A DNA stretch of 64,000 nt from Nocardioides sp. (GTDB lineage Bacteria > Actinomycetota > Actinomycetes > Propionibacteriales > Nocardioidaceae): assembly GCF_047606145.1 (NCBI RefSeq), contig NZ_JASGET010000118.1, forward strand, positions 34,713 through 98,712, read 5' to 3'. The position numbers were made by a program, and so were the translations under genes. Below, one piece after another: positions 1-9,447 of the stretch. Every line of letters starts with the position of its first letter. Position 1 is the first letter of the stretch. The notes below the pieces were generated by a model. It was not told the DNA's origin. It worked only from the letters and a program-made list of their open reading frames with translations, and did not search any database.

Positions 1-1
1 A

Positions 2-784
2 CGCTGTAACGCCGTCCACGTCACTCCGGGCCGCAGCGACGAGGCGTTCGGTATCGACGTCATGGAGCGCGGCGATCCGTATCGTTTCCGTCTGCTCGAC
101 TCCCTGTTCGACCTCGGGCCGAGTGTCGCCCTCGTCGTGCGCGACGACCAGTTGGGACACTCGGAACTAGGCACCCACGAGCGGTTGCGTCGGCTCAAGG
201 GGGCGACCGACCCGGCCGCGTCGCGCGTCGGCACGGTCCGCTGGGACTTCGGTGGAGTCAACGTTCTGCTGGGTCTGCTCCACACCGCCGACACGCCGGC
301 CCGCTCGGCGTGGGAGGCGACGACCCTGGCGCCGGAACTCGGCCTTTCCGCCGAGGTAACGCCGGTGCCGGAGGGCGACTGGCGCACGCAGGCGGCACTG
401 TGCGACACCGGCCACCAGGAAATCAGGGATTTCGACGCCGTACTGCTCGGTCTCCGCAGCCGGGTTCTGGTCACGTCCTGGCACCTGCTGCCGGACGACG
501 CGCGACTCGTAGCGCGGGATGCCCTCGTCGCAGGTACGCTCGCCGACATCGGTACCGGAGCGCGGATCGCGCGGGATCTCCCCGCCGGCCCTACTGCCGC
601 TCTGCTTCGGGCGGAGTGGCGTCCGGGCCTGCCGGGTCTCGACGCGCGAGCGCTGCGGGCCGCGCTCATCGGCGTCGAACTGACCGTCGATCCGTGGGAG
701 CAGCTCGTCCTCACGACGTCGGCGGCCTTCGCACCCCGTTCGCAGAGCCGGCGTCCCGAACCGGAGCCCGAGGCCGCCCGATGA
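2..784 (+). CDS. hypothetical protein with a nucleoside-diphosphate-kinase-like segment (probably 5'-partial at window edge)
   Basis: The frame is open from nt 2 with no upstream stop, and an ATG at 62 is also possible. The segment LGPSVALVV..LKGATDPAASRVGTVRWDFG..LLHTAD resembles the C-terminal half of the NDK fold. The stop overlaps the next start (ATGA at 781). Confidence 0.6.
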   Translation, partial: RCNAVHVTPGRSDEAFGIDVMERGDPYRFRLLDSLFDLGPSVALVVRDDQLGHSELGTHERLRRLKGATDPAASRVGTVRWDFGGVNVLLGLLHTADTPARSAWEATTLAPELGLSAEVTPVPEGDWRTQAALCDTGHQEIRDFDAVLLGLRSRVLVTSWHLLPDDARLVARDALVAGTLADIGTGARIARDLPAGPTAALLRAEWRPGLPGLDARALRAALIGVELTVDPWEQLVLTTSAAFAPRSQSRRPEPEPEAAR

Positions 785-1656
785 CCGCCGAGACGTTCGT
801 GCACCCGTTGCTGAGCGGGCCGGGCACCCAGCTGTCTCCGCGCTTCGTGCAGGACTACGACCTGGGTGCAGCACGGATGATCCTCGCAGTCGGCTCGCAG
901 CTGGAACAAACTGCCGATCCGTCCTCGGACATCGACGTCCTCGCCGTGTTCGGCGGACCCCCACCACAGTCCGTCCCGGCTGCGGGTGTCGTCGACATGC
1001 GTACGCTGCTGGGCCCGAACTGGATCGGGTGGTTCGACACGACCGCGGGACGGCGCGAGGTCAACGTCGAATGCCTGTCGGTCGAAGCGCTGCACCGAAT
1101 GGGCGAACAGCTTGCCCCCGAGTTCGGTCCGCATCGTGCTCCGTTACTGCAGGCCCTCGAGGTGCGCACCCTGTCGCGGCTCCGGACAGCCCTGCCGCTC
1201 GCGCCGGACGACGCGCACACCGAACTGGATCGACTGCGGGACGCGCTGCACCTGGACCGCCTCGGCGCCTTCGTGGCCCTCGTCAACGTCGTCGGCGGCG
1301 AGAGCTACCTGCGCCTGGCCGAGGGGCGGATCGACGATCCTCTGGGGTGCCACATCGCGCTGTCGAGCGTCGTCGAGGGCATTCTGCTGAGTTCGCTCGC
1401 CCTGGACGGGCGCGTCCTGTACGACCTGAAGAAGATCTCCGCGGTGCTGCGGCGGGCTGCCGACGACCGTCTGGACCCTACGCTCGACCTCACCGAGGTG
1501 ACCGCGATGCTGACCAGTGCGAATCCAGCAGCCCACGTGTCCCGGGCCCGTCAGGCGTTGGCCGCCGTCCGGGATCGCATCGCGTCCCGTGCAGCGCTCG
1601 GACCCGGCGTGTGGGCCGAGGTGCACGCTGCCCTGCAAGCCCCGGTGGCGCCGTGA
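781..1656 (+). CDS. nucleotidyltransferase-domain protein
   Basis: ATG 781 overlaps the upstream stop. The motif VGSQLEQTADPSSDIDVLAV has the GS...DxD pattern of minimal nucleotidyltransferases. The longer ORF from 310 is rejected because its N-terminus is Arg/Gly-rich. Confidence 0.7.
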   Translation: MTAETFVHPLLSGPGTQLSPRFVQDYDLGAARMILAVGSQLEQTADPSSDIDVLAVFGGPPPQSVPAAGVVDMRTLLGPNWIGWFDTTAGRREVNVECLSVEALHRMGEQLAPEFGPHRAPLLQALEVRTLSRLRTALPLAPDDAHTELDRLRDALHLDRLGAFVALVNVVGGESYLRLAEGRIDDPLGCHIALSSVVEGILLSSLALDGRVLYDLKKISAVLRRAADDRLDPTLDLTEVTAMLTSANPAAHVSRARQALAAVRDRIASRAALGPGVWAEVHAALQAPVAP

Positions 1657-3458
1657 TGACGCCCCGGCTCGTGGGGCCGGGCCCCGGCACCTGCCCCGGC
1701 GCCGGCGCTACCGAAGGCCCGGAGTGGTTCGACGAGCGGCGCCGGGCCTTGCACTCGCTGTTCACCGACGACGAGGTCGGCTACCCGTGCCACTTCGCCC
1801 GGCAGGGCGAGACGCTAGGTAGCACCTATTACACGTACTGCACCCTCGACGTCGGGGGTCGTGTGCCGCAGGCGGAGATCGCCGAGCTGGCCGCCACGCT
1901 CCGGGCCTTCCTGGCGCTGGACCGAACGCCACCGCTCCAGCGGCTGTCGCTGTTGTGCGTGGTCGGACCTGCGCCCTCGTCCTCGAGGAGCGACACCGGA
2001 GGTCGGCATGCCGCCGATCGGGCGACCTACTGGGACATCCTGCGCCGCCTCAGCGCGACCGATACTTCGACGCCTACGGAGACCGATCCCGACGCGGCGT
2101 CGTGGAATTTCGAGTTCGCCGGCGAACGCCTGTTCAGCTTCGGGGCGAGCCCGGGTTTCGGACAACGCCGCAGCCGCGACCTGGGGCCCTGCCTCGTCTT
2201 GGCCTTTCAGCCCATGACGATCTTTGCCGACATGACGGGCGGGACGCCGCTGGGGCGCGCAGCCAAGCTCCGGATCCGGCAACGCCTGCTCGACTACGAC
2301 CGCGTTCCGCTGCTCGCGGACGCGGGCACTGCGACGGGACCCACCGAACACAAGTGGAAGCAGTACTTCCCAGCCGTCGACGGTCTGCCGGAGGTCGGCT
2401 CGAACCCGATCGGTCGCGCCTGGTCGCCGCCCACCTACGTGGTGCACGAGGTTCGGTCCTCCGTCGACATCGACCGCGACGCGTGGCACAGCCTCAGCGG
2501 CGTGCGGGCCAACCCGTTCTACACCCACGACACCCTCACGGCGTACGAGCGGAGCCGGCTCGGTAATCAGCGGGCACACCGGTACCTGCTCGTGGAGCGC
2601 GACGGCCGTCTCGTGGCCGGAACGGCCCTGTACCTGCTCCAGGCGCAGGAGGTGGGGTCGGTCCTCGGGCTGCCTGAGCTCGCCCACGTGGGCCAGACAG
2701 CCTTGCTGGGGCACTTCCCGCACTGTTACGACTCGATCATTCCCGGGATCGACACGGTGCCGGCAGAGGTCGTGGGCCGGTTGATGGACGGCGTCGTCGA
2801 GGTGGCCGCGCGGGAGGGCGCGTCGGTGTGCGGCTTCATGAACGTCGTGTCCGGTTCACCGACCCACCAGGCGCTCGCCGCGTTGCCCTCTATCGTCACC
2901 AGAACGTCCAGCCGGCGCTGGTATCTCGACCTGACCGGCCTCTCCGACATCGACGAGTACACGGCCCGGCTGGGCCGCGCCACGCGACGGACTCTGCGCG
3001 CTGCTCGCCGCCGCGCGCGCGATCTGCAGGTGCGGACGACGGTCACCACGTCCGCGGACGGCGACGAGCACCGTCGTGCGCTCGACGACGCGGTCGAACA
3101 GTGCCGCAGTTCGGCGGACCGACACCGGTCCCGGTACTACCCGTCGACCGCACTCGCCGAATTCCTCCGACTGCGTGGTGACGTGCACGTCGTCCGGATC
3201 ATGCTGGGCGACGAGGTGTTGGCGGCGTCGATCTGCTTCCTTGTCAGCGGGGTCCTGCACACCTGGGCCGGCGGCGCGCAGTACCCGCGGGAGCTGAACT
3301 GGAGCCCGAACGCGGTCCTGCTGGCCGCGGAGATCGAACTCGGGTTGCAGCTGGGGGCCGGTCGGGTCGAATGTGGTCGGAGCAACGACGACTACAAGGC
3401 GCGACACGGCATGTCGCCGGTGCAACTCGTCACCTGCCTGGCGGATGTGGCGCAGTGA
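1656..3458 (+). CDS. fusion protein: YqcI/YcgG-like N-terminal domain + FemAB-like (Acetyltransf_6-type) GNAT domain
   Basis: ATG 1656 overlaps the previous stop (GTGATGA). The N-terminus has VGYPCHFARQG, matching the FPCxFA-type signature of the YqcI/YcgG family. The C-terminal half (NPFYTHDTLTAYE...RRTLRAARRRA...) is paralogous to the next two ORFs. Confidence 0.75.
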   Translation: MTPRLVGPGPGTCPGAGATEGPEWFDERRRALHSLFTDDEVGYPCHFARQGETLGSTYYTYCTLDVGGRVPQAEIAELAATLRAFLALDRTPPLQRLSLLCVVGPAPSSSRSDTGGRHAADRATYWDILRRLSATDTSTPTETDPDAASWNFEFAGERLFSFGASPGFGQRRSRDLGPCLVLAFQPMTIFADMTGGTPLGRAAKLRIRQRLLDYDRVPLLADAGTATGPTEHKWKQYFPAVDGLPEVGSNPIGRAWSPPTYVVHEVRSSVDIDRDAWHSLSGVRANPFYTHDTLTAYERSRLGNQRAHRYLLVERDGRLVAGTALYLLQAQEVGSVLGLPELAHVGQTALLGHFPHCYDSIIPGIDTVPAEVVGRLMDGVVEVAAREGASVCGFMNVVSGSPTHQALAALPSIVTRTSSRRWYLDLTGLSDIDEYTARLGRATRRTLRAARRRARDLQVRTTVTTSADGDEHRRALDDAVEQCRSSADRHRSRYYPSTALAEFLRLRGDVHVVRIMLGDEVLAASICFLVSGVLHTWAGGAQYPRELNWSPNAVLLAAEIELGLQLGAGRVECGRSNDDYKARHGMSPVQLVTCLADVAQ

Positions 3459-4555
3459 TCACCGACCTGACGGTCACGGTCGCCGCGGAGCCGCCGCCAG
3501 ACTGGGACGACACTATCGAGCCGGAGCAGGCCTTCGCCAAGGCGGCCTGGTTGACTCTGTTCGACGGGCGCACCTCGGCGGAGCGGGTTTGGTTCGCGCT
3601 GCGTCGCAACGGGGTCCTGGTGGCTGGCATGCCCGGCCACGTCCAGCGAGAACCGAGCGGCTACCCGCTTCTCGACGTCGACTTGCTGAACCCGGTCACC
3701 TCTCCCTTCCTCGACCAGGCCGGTCCGGCGGACCCCGTGACTTCACCCGGGCTGGAGCTGCCCTGCCTGTGGCTCGTCATGCCCGGGCTCACCACGTTCA
3801 CGATCGGACCGGGTGCGGCCGATCCGGCGACCGGTGCCCGACTGGTGGACGCCATCGAGCGCTGGGCTGCGAGCCAGGGCTTCGCGACGGTGATTGCGCC
3901 CTACACGTCGGCCCAGGACACAGCGCTGAGTTCTGCCCTCGCCGGTGCCGGGTGGATCGACGTGCCGTTGACCGAGGAGGCGTGGCTGGTGGTGCCAGCC
4001 GGCGGGTGGGCCGAGCACCTGGCCACCCTTCCCCAGCACCGGCGCAAGCAGCTCCGACGCGAGCGTCGTCACCTTGCCGAGGCGGGCGTGGTCACGGGTC
4101 TGGCCCGCCCCGACGAACTCGATGCCTGCGCACGCCTGTTGGTTCAGCAGCGAACGAAGTACGGCCGCCTGACGACCCTCGACCAGGAGCGGGCACAGCT
4201 CGATCGACTGCGTCGCCTGGCAGACCATGTCGTCGTCGTCGCGCGTGCCGGGCAGGACGGCTCCCCGCTCTCCTTCGTCCTGTTCAGCGTTCTGGGCGCG
4301 GACTGGCACGCGATGGCGACCGGTACGGACTACACCGACGAACGGGCCAACCGCGCGTACTTCGAGGTGCTCTTCTACGCCGCGACCGACCACGCCGCGG
4401 CGGCCGGCGCGCGACGCATCTGCTATGGCCACGGCACCGTCGAGGCCAAGCGTCGCCGAGGTTGCGACATGGTGGGGGTCACCGCATGGCTGTCCGGCAG
4501 CGGCGACGCGGAACGACGAGCACAGGTGGCCCGGGCCTGGAAGGAGCGCGGGTGA
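3455..4555 (+). CDS. FemAB-like GNAT family protein (paralog 2)
   Basis: GTG 3455 overlaps the previous stop (GTGA). It contains HRRKQLRRERRHLAEAGV and a C-terminal YFEVLFY..G.RRICYGHG block typical of FemAB-like/BioF2-like acyl- or aminoacyl-transferases. Confidence 0.75.
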   Translation: MITDLTVTVAAEPPPDWDDTIEPEQAFAKAAWLTLFDGRTSAERVWFALRRNGVLVAGMPGHVQREPSGYPLLDVDLLNPVTSPFLDQAGPADPVTSPGLELPCLWLVMPGLTTFTIGPGAADPATGARLVDAIERWAASQGFATVIAPYTSAQDTALSSALAGAGWIDVPLTEEAWLVVPAGGWAEHLATLPQHRRKQLRRERRHLAEAGVVTGLARPDELDACARLLVQQRTKYGRLTTLDQERAQLDRLRRLADHVVVVARAGQDGSPLSFVLFSVLGADWHAMATGTDYTDERANRAYFEVLFYAATDHAAAAGARRICYGHGTVEAKRRRGCDMVGVTAWLSGSGDAERRAQVARAWKERG

Positions 4556-5757
4556 TGACTACCCACGTATCTGTGGCGCCCGGATTCGACTCGACCCACT
4601 GGAACGACGACGGGTCGCTCTACCGGTCCGTCCCCTGGATCGAGAGCATGGGGAGCCGGGTCGGCGACCTGCCGTACAGCGTCACGGTGTCCGACGGCGA
4701 GGGCGGGGCCAGTCTGCTCGGCTACCTCCACGAACCGGACCCAGATCGCTACGAAGCCTTCAACCTGGCTGCTCTGTTGGCTCGTACTCCACCGGTGTTC
4801 CCGGTCGAGGGGGCGATCGACGGCGCGGTGCGCGATGTGGTGGGACCGGGGGCGACAGCGGCGACGGAGGCCGCGCTCGGATCTTGCCTAGTCATCGCGC
4901 TTCCGGGTTACGGGGATCCGCTCGGGCAGGCCGCGACCGAGCCGGTCTATGGCGAGCGACTGCTGAGCGCCACGGTCGACTTCGCCACGGAGCGCGAGGT
5001 GGCGATGCTTGCACTGCTCTACGTCCCACAGCGTGCCGAGGTCACCACCCTGCTCGAGGCGCACGGTTTTCGTCGGTTCTCCCTCACCCGGCGCGCGGAG
5101 CTGCCGCTGCCGCCGGAGCCGGGGATGGCGGCCTGGCTGGAATCCCTCGGGTCGAGCAAACGTCGGCGCGAGATGTCGCGACAGCAGCGACGGATCCGCG
5201 AGCTGGGCCTGCGCACGTACCGCTCCGACGGCGACCGCGCCCGCGCCGTCGTGGTCGACCTTCGCGTCGCGCATCTCGAGCAGCTGGGCCAGGTCGCGGA
5301 CCGTGCCCGCGAACGGGAACGACTGGAGCGGCTGCAGGCGCGCTTCCCGGATTCCGAGATCAGGCTGACCGAGTACGACGGGAACCCGGTCGGGGCGTCG
5401 GTCACGCTGACGTACGGCCGGACGACACACGTCGTGCTCAGCGCGGTGGACCACGGGGTGGCACCGCCGCTCACGTTCTTCGAGGTTACCTACTACGCGA
5501 TCATCCGCGAACGGGCGACGCTGTCGTCGAGCATCGACCTCGGAATCGGTCACCTCGAGGGAAAGGTCGCCCGCGGGGCGGTGCTGCGCGAGCTCGACGG
5601 GTGGGTCCGTCCCGTCCGGCCCCGTTGCCCGGAGTTGCTGGGCCGGATCCTCGACGCGCGCTGCACAGGAACGGCGGACCCGACGACAGAGGGGGTGCCG
5701 CGGGCAACCGCCAACACGCCGCACAGTCCGGAGCACAGCGGAGGAACTCAGGCATGA
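4555..5757 (+). CDS. FemAB-like GNAT family protein (paralog 3)
   Basis: ATG 4555 overlaps the previous stop (TGATG). It contains SSKRRREMSRQQRRIRELGL and TFFEVTYYAIIE..IDLGIGHLEGK, the same architecture as the two preceding domains. Confidence 0.75.
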   Translation: MTTHVSVAPGFDSTHWNDDGSLYRSVPWIESMGSRVGDLPYSVTVSDGEGGASLLGYLHEPDPDRYEAFNLAALLARTPPVFPVEGAIDGAVRDVVGPGATAATEAALGSCLVIALPGYGDPLGQAATEPVYGERLLSATVDFATEREVAMLALLYVPQRAEVTTLLEAHGFRRFSLTRRAELPLPPEPGMAAWLESLGSSKRRREMSRQQRRIRELGLRTYRSDGDRARAVVVDLRVAHLEQLGQVADRARERERLERLQARFPDSEIRLTEYDGNPVGASVTLTYGRTTHVVLSAVDHGVAPPLTFFEVTYYAIIRERATLSSSIDLGIGHLEGKVARGAVLRELDGWVRPVRPRCPELLGRILDARCTGTADPTTEGVPRATANTPHSPEHSGGTQA

Positions 5758-7121
5758 CCTCACCAACCACGACGCCGATGCGGCACAGCTTCCGCGAACC
5801 GATGCGCGACCCAGCGTTCGATTTGCTGGTGTCCGGGCAGGTCGTGTCCCAGATCGGCGACGCGGCCTTCCGCGTCGCCCTGATCCTGTACATAGTGGAC
5901 TACGCAGACTCGCCGGGAGCCCTTGGCATCGTCACCGCCTCGTTCATGATCCCGAACCTGCTGTTGTTCTCGGTCTCGGGACTGATCGTGGACCGTTTCC
6001 GCAAACGATTGGTGATGATCTCCAGTGACGTCGTCCGAATGCTCGCTGCGGGCGCCTTCGCGGTCCTGGCCAGCGTGGGGAACAGTCCGCCCGTCGGGCT
6101 AGTGGCCGTTCTGTACGCGCTCTTCGGCGTCGCCGACGCGTTCTTCCTGCCCGCGTACCGCGCAACGATCCCCGAGCTGATCCCACCTGAGCAGCTCTAT
6201 CCCGCCAACGCGATCGACATGATCGGACGCCGGAGCGGCCTAATCCTCGGCCCCGTGTTGAGCGCGTTCGTGATCGCGACCGGTGGCCCGGCTGTCGCGT
6301 TCTGGATCAACACATCGTCGTTCGCCGTGTCGGTGGTGTCCCTGCTGCTGCTCGAGGCCGTTCTGCGGGGCCGCCGCGGGGTGCCGGTCGACGCCGCGGC
6401 CGAACCCGGGACGACGGACGCGGCCGCCGACGACGACGCACAGGGTTTCTTGCGGGAGGCGACCGAGGGGGTCCGCTTCCTGTGGCGTCTGCGGTGGCTC
6501 GGCCTGCTGACCGTCGCGGCGGCCGTGGTCAACGCCGGTGCGGCCGGGGCGATGGACGTCGCACTTCCCTACCTCGTCCGTGAGAACTTCGGAGTCAACT
6601 CGGTGATGCTCGGAATCAGCTACGCGATCCAGGCCGGCGGCGCCGTGGCCGGCGCGATCGTCGTTGGGCGGATGGGCGCCTCGCGCCCGGGTGTCGCCAT
6701 CGGCGTGACACTAGGACTAATCGGACTGTCCGTGACGGGATACTCGACCGCAGCCGTCGTGGCCATCTTCGCGATCTCGTCACTGCTATACGGGTTCGCC
6801 GTCGAAGCGAGCGGAGTGCACTGGACGACGCTGTTCCAGCTGCACGTTCCGCAACACATCCTGGGTCGGGTCGGCGCCGCGGACTACTTGATCTCGTACT
6901 CGCTGATGCCGCTCGCGGTGCTGCTCGGCGGCGTAGTCGTGCCGTCCTGGGGGCCGGGCACCACCATGCTCGTGTTCGGCGTCGTGATGGCAGTCTTCGG
7001 GGTGCTGCCGCTGCTGTCGAACGATGTTCGTTCGCTCGCCGCCGCCTCGCCCCCGGCCGCCGGCGATGTCGCAGACGATGCCGCGGACGGCGGTGCCGTA
7101 CCCGAGAAGCGGGAGAGGTAG
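5754..7121 (+). CDS. MFS transporter (EntS/MFS_3-like exporter)
   Basis: ATG 5754 overlaps the previous stop (ATGA). About 12 hydrophobic segments are present, and the N-terminus FDLLVSGQVVSQIGDAAFRVAL is typical of this MFS subgroup. Confidence 0.85.
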   Translation: MTSPTTTPMRHSFREPMRDPAFDLLVSGQVVSQIGDAAFRVALILYIVDYADSPGALGIVTASFMIPNLLLFSVSGLIVDRFRKRLVMISSDVVRMLAAGAFAVLASVGNSPPVGLVAVLYALFGVADAFFLPAYRATIPELIPPEQLYPANAIDMIGRRSGLILGPVLSAFVIATGGPAVAFWINTSSFAVSVVSLLLLEAVLRGRRGVPVDAAAEPGTTDAAADDDAQGFLREATEGVRFLWRLRWLGLLTVAAAVVNAGAAGAMDVALPYLVRENFGVNSVMLGISYAIQAGGAVAGAIVVGRMGASRPGVAIGVTLGLIGLSVTGYSTAAVVAIFAISSLLYGFAVEASGVHWTTLFQLHVPQHILGRVGAADYLISYSLMPLAVLLGGVVVPSWGPGTTMLVFGVVMAVFGVLPLLSNDVRSLAAASPPAAGDVADDAADGGAVPEKRER

Positions 7122-7145
7122 TCGGATGATCGGAGAGGTAGTCGA

Positions 7146-7970
7146 ATGATGCGTGTCATCGAAACAGAGCTCAGTACCGCCGAACGAGCCGCTCTGCTCG
7201 CCGGTGAACCCGCTGAGAACGTCATCGCCGAACTCGCGGCGATGCGGGCGGCCGCGCCTGACCGCCCCGAGGTGCTCATCGTCCATTCGGTCGACGACGT
7301 CTCCGACGACGCCATCCGCGACCTCGGCCGCGCCGTGTCAAGCGGCGTCGGGTCGTTCCTGGTCCAGGACAGCGCAGGCAGCCTCGATCGCGACGTAATC
7401 GAGCGGGCGGTGTCTGGCCCTGCCCGCTTCAGCGAGACGGCGGCGGCCGCGCCCATGCACACCGACGGCATGCACATGCCCGACCAGCCCACCCCTGGCT
7501 ACTTCTCGCTCACGTGCCTCAACAGCGCTCGCCGCGGCGGTGCCCTGTCCTTCGTGCACATCGACGACGTACTCGACGGCTTCACCGAACCGGACCACGC
7601 GGTGCGCACGCTGCGCGAGCCTTTCTACTTCCACACAAAGGGCGTCGACCCGCACGGCCGGGAATGGGTCGTCCATCCGGTACTCGACGACCGCCGCGAC
7701 GGCGGCCACCACGTGCGCTACGCGCGCGAATACATTGACATGGGCCACGCGCTGTCGGATGCGCCGGATCTTGCCGCAACGGCCGTGTCCGTTCTGGACG
7801 AGCTCGACGACATCCTCTCCCGGGGCGATCTGCATCGACGTGCCCGGTTGCGGCGGGGGGACGTGGCCGTCATCGACAACGAGCAGGTGCTGCACTCGCG
7901 GACCGCATTCGAGAACGCGGCCGGTGATCCGCCGCGATGCTTGATGCGGCTGTGGCTGCAGCGGCCGTGA
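7146..7970 (+). CDS. TauD/TfdA-family Fe(II)/2-oxoglutarate dioxygenase
   Basis: A facial triad is present: MHTDG (HxD) plus a distal VLHSR. The size (274 aa) and the RxxL tail fit the family. Confidence 0.75.
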   Translation: MMRVIETELSTAERAALLAGEPAENVIAELAAMRAAAPDRPEVLIVHSVDDVSDDAIRDLGRAVSSGVGSFLVQDSAGSLDRDVIERAVSGPARFSETAAAAPMHTDGMHMPDQPTPGYFSLTCLNSARRGGALSFVHIDDVLDGFTEPDHAVRTLREPFYFHTKGVDPHGREWVVHPVLDDRRDGGHHVRYAREYIDMGHALSDAPDLAATAVSVLDELDDILSRGDLHRRARLRRGDVAVIDNEQVLHSRTAFENAAGDPPRCLMRLWLQRP

Positions 7971-9034
7971 CCTTGCCAGATTCGTCGCAGGCATCGTTCA
8001 GCCGCCCGGTGGGGCGCGACACAATCGCGCTCGACAGCAACGAGAGTCCGGCGCCGCCAGACCCGCCTCGGCGGCGTGACATCGTCGAGCACCTCGCCGA
8101 CGCCGTGGAGACCCTCCACCGCTACCCCGATCCCGAGGCGCGGTTGCTGCGCGGCGAGCTGGCCAGATGGGTCCACCACGACACCGGAGCCCGGCTCGGC
8201 CCGGAGCACGTGTTCGTCGGCAACGGGTCCAGTGAGGTGCTGCAGACCCTGTTTCAGTTCTTCGGCGGGCCGGGCCGTACTGCCATGACCTTCGGACCCA
8301 CCTATCCGCTGTACCGACGGCTGGCCAGGCTCACCGGCACGCGTCTTGTCGAGGAGCCGCGGGACGAGGCGATGCGGGTGGATGTGCGTGCAGCCCGGGC
8401 CGCCGCGTCCCGATGGTCCCCGGACCTGATCGTTGTCGCCACGCCCAACAACCCCACCGGCACGGCCACGGATGGGGCGCAGCTGCGCTCGCTGGCCGAA
8501 CTCGCCCCGGTGACTGTGGTCGACGAGGCGTACGCCGAGTTCCGCTGCCCCGATGCGTTCGCCGCGCCCTCGCTCGTGGGGGACTGCCCTGGACTCGTCG
8601 TGACCCGAACCCTCAGCAAGGCCTTCGCCGCGGCGGGCCTGCGGGTGGGGTACGCGATGGCCGACCCGGCGACGACGGAGCAGGTGGAAGCAACAGCGTT
8701 GCCATACCGGGTCTCGTCGCTCAATCAGGCCGCTGCCTGCGCCGTGCTGTCCGACCACGCGGCTGTCGACCGGAGACTGCGCTCCGTCCGTGAAGTCCGG
8801 GCGGGCGTGTACGAGCTGCTTGACGCCGCGGGCCTCGCCTGGATGCCATCGGACGCCAACTTCGTGCACGTACGGCCGGGCGGATCGACAGGGGACGCGG
8901 TCGACGCCCTGCGCGCGGCGGGCGTCCTGGTCAAAGTGTCCGAGGTGCCCGGCTGGTTGCGGATCACGGTCGGCACCGCCGAGCAGATGGCGGCGGCAGT
9001 GCGAGTACTGACCCGCGAAATCGAGGAGCTGTAA
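7937..9034 (+). CDS. class I/II PLP-dependent aminotransferase (histidinol-phosphate aminotransferase-like)
   Basis: Motifs seen are LDSNESP, ATPNNPTG and TLSKAFAAAGLRVGYA (PLP lysine). An alternative start is GTG 7967, which overlaps the TauD stop (GTGA). Confidence 0.85.
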   Translation: MLDAAVAAAAVTLPDSSQASFSRPVGRDTIALDSNESPAPPDPPRRRDIVEHLADAVETLHRYPDPEARLLRGELARWVHHDTGARLGPEHVFVGNGSSEVLQTLFQFFGGPGRTAMTFGPTYPLYRRLARLTGTRLVEEPRDEAMRVDVRAARAAASRWSPDLIVVATPNNPTGTATDGAQLRSLAELAPVTVVDEAYAEFRCPDAFAAPSLVGDCPGLVVTRTLSKAFAAAGLRVGYAMADPATTEQVEATALPYRVSSLNQAAACAVLSDHAAVDRRLRSVREVRAGVYELLDAAGLAWMPSDANFVHVRPGGSTGDAVDALRAAGVLVKVSEVPGWLRITVGTAEQMAAAVRVLTREIEEL

Positions 9035-9447
9035 TCCCCGCCCAGTACCTCCACTCGGCCGTGCACGACGGCGGGAGCGAGGCGGCAGCCTGTACCGGGT
9101 TGTATTCACCGCGGCCGTCACCATGCTGGCCTAGGTGTGATGCCTTGGAGTAGACGGTCGAAGGATGCCGTGTCGAAAGCGAGTGCACGTCTCAGCGCTG
9201 GTTCGACGCCGCCCGACCGGGCCGGGGCGGCCTCTGCGTTCAGCGCTGCGTGCCCGGATGACGTTGTCGCGTCCGCACATGCATTTCTGACGCCGGGGTC
9301 GGGAGTAGGGGGACGTTAAGACTCGCATCGGCCGACCATCGGCTTGTGATGTAGGATACCAAAGCGGCGCCTTTGTCGGCCTCAACTGACAAGGCGTCGC
9401 GCGCGCTGTTCGCGAGACCATCTCGTGGGCACGACAGGTCCTCGGCC

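Noticed and set aside
310-780. N-terminal extensions of several track ORFs (310-1656, 1029-3458, 3371/3373-..., 4227-7121, 14263-15726, 27108-29027, 29961-31424).
   Set aside because: The upstream portions overlap the preceding, well-supported genes and translate to Arg/Pro-rich sequence. Internal starts that overlap the previous stop (ATGA/GTGA) or follow a good RBS give sensible N-termini.
9035-9447. A possible protein-coding gene or riboswitch in the 410-bp gap (ORFs 9131-9490(-) and 9137-9319(+)).
   Set aside because: The translations are Arg-rich with no coding periodicity, and I saw no conserved riboswitch-like structure. Only the tRNA-like relics were retained.
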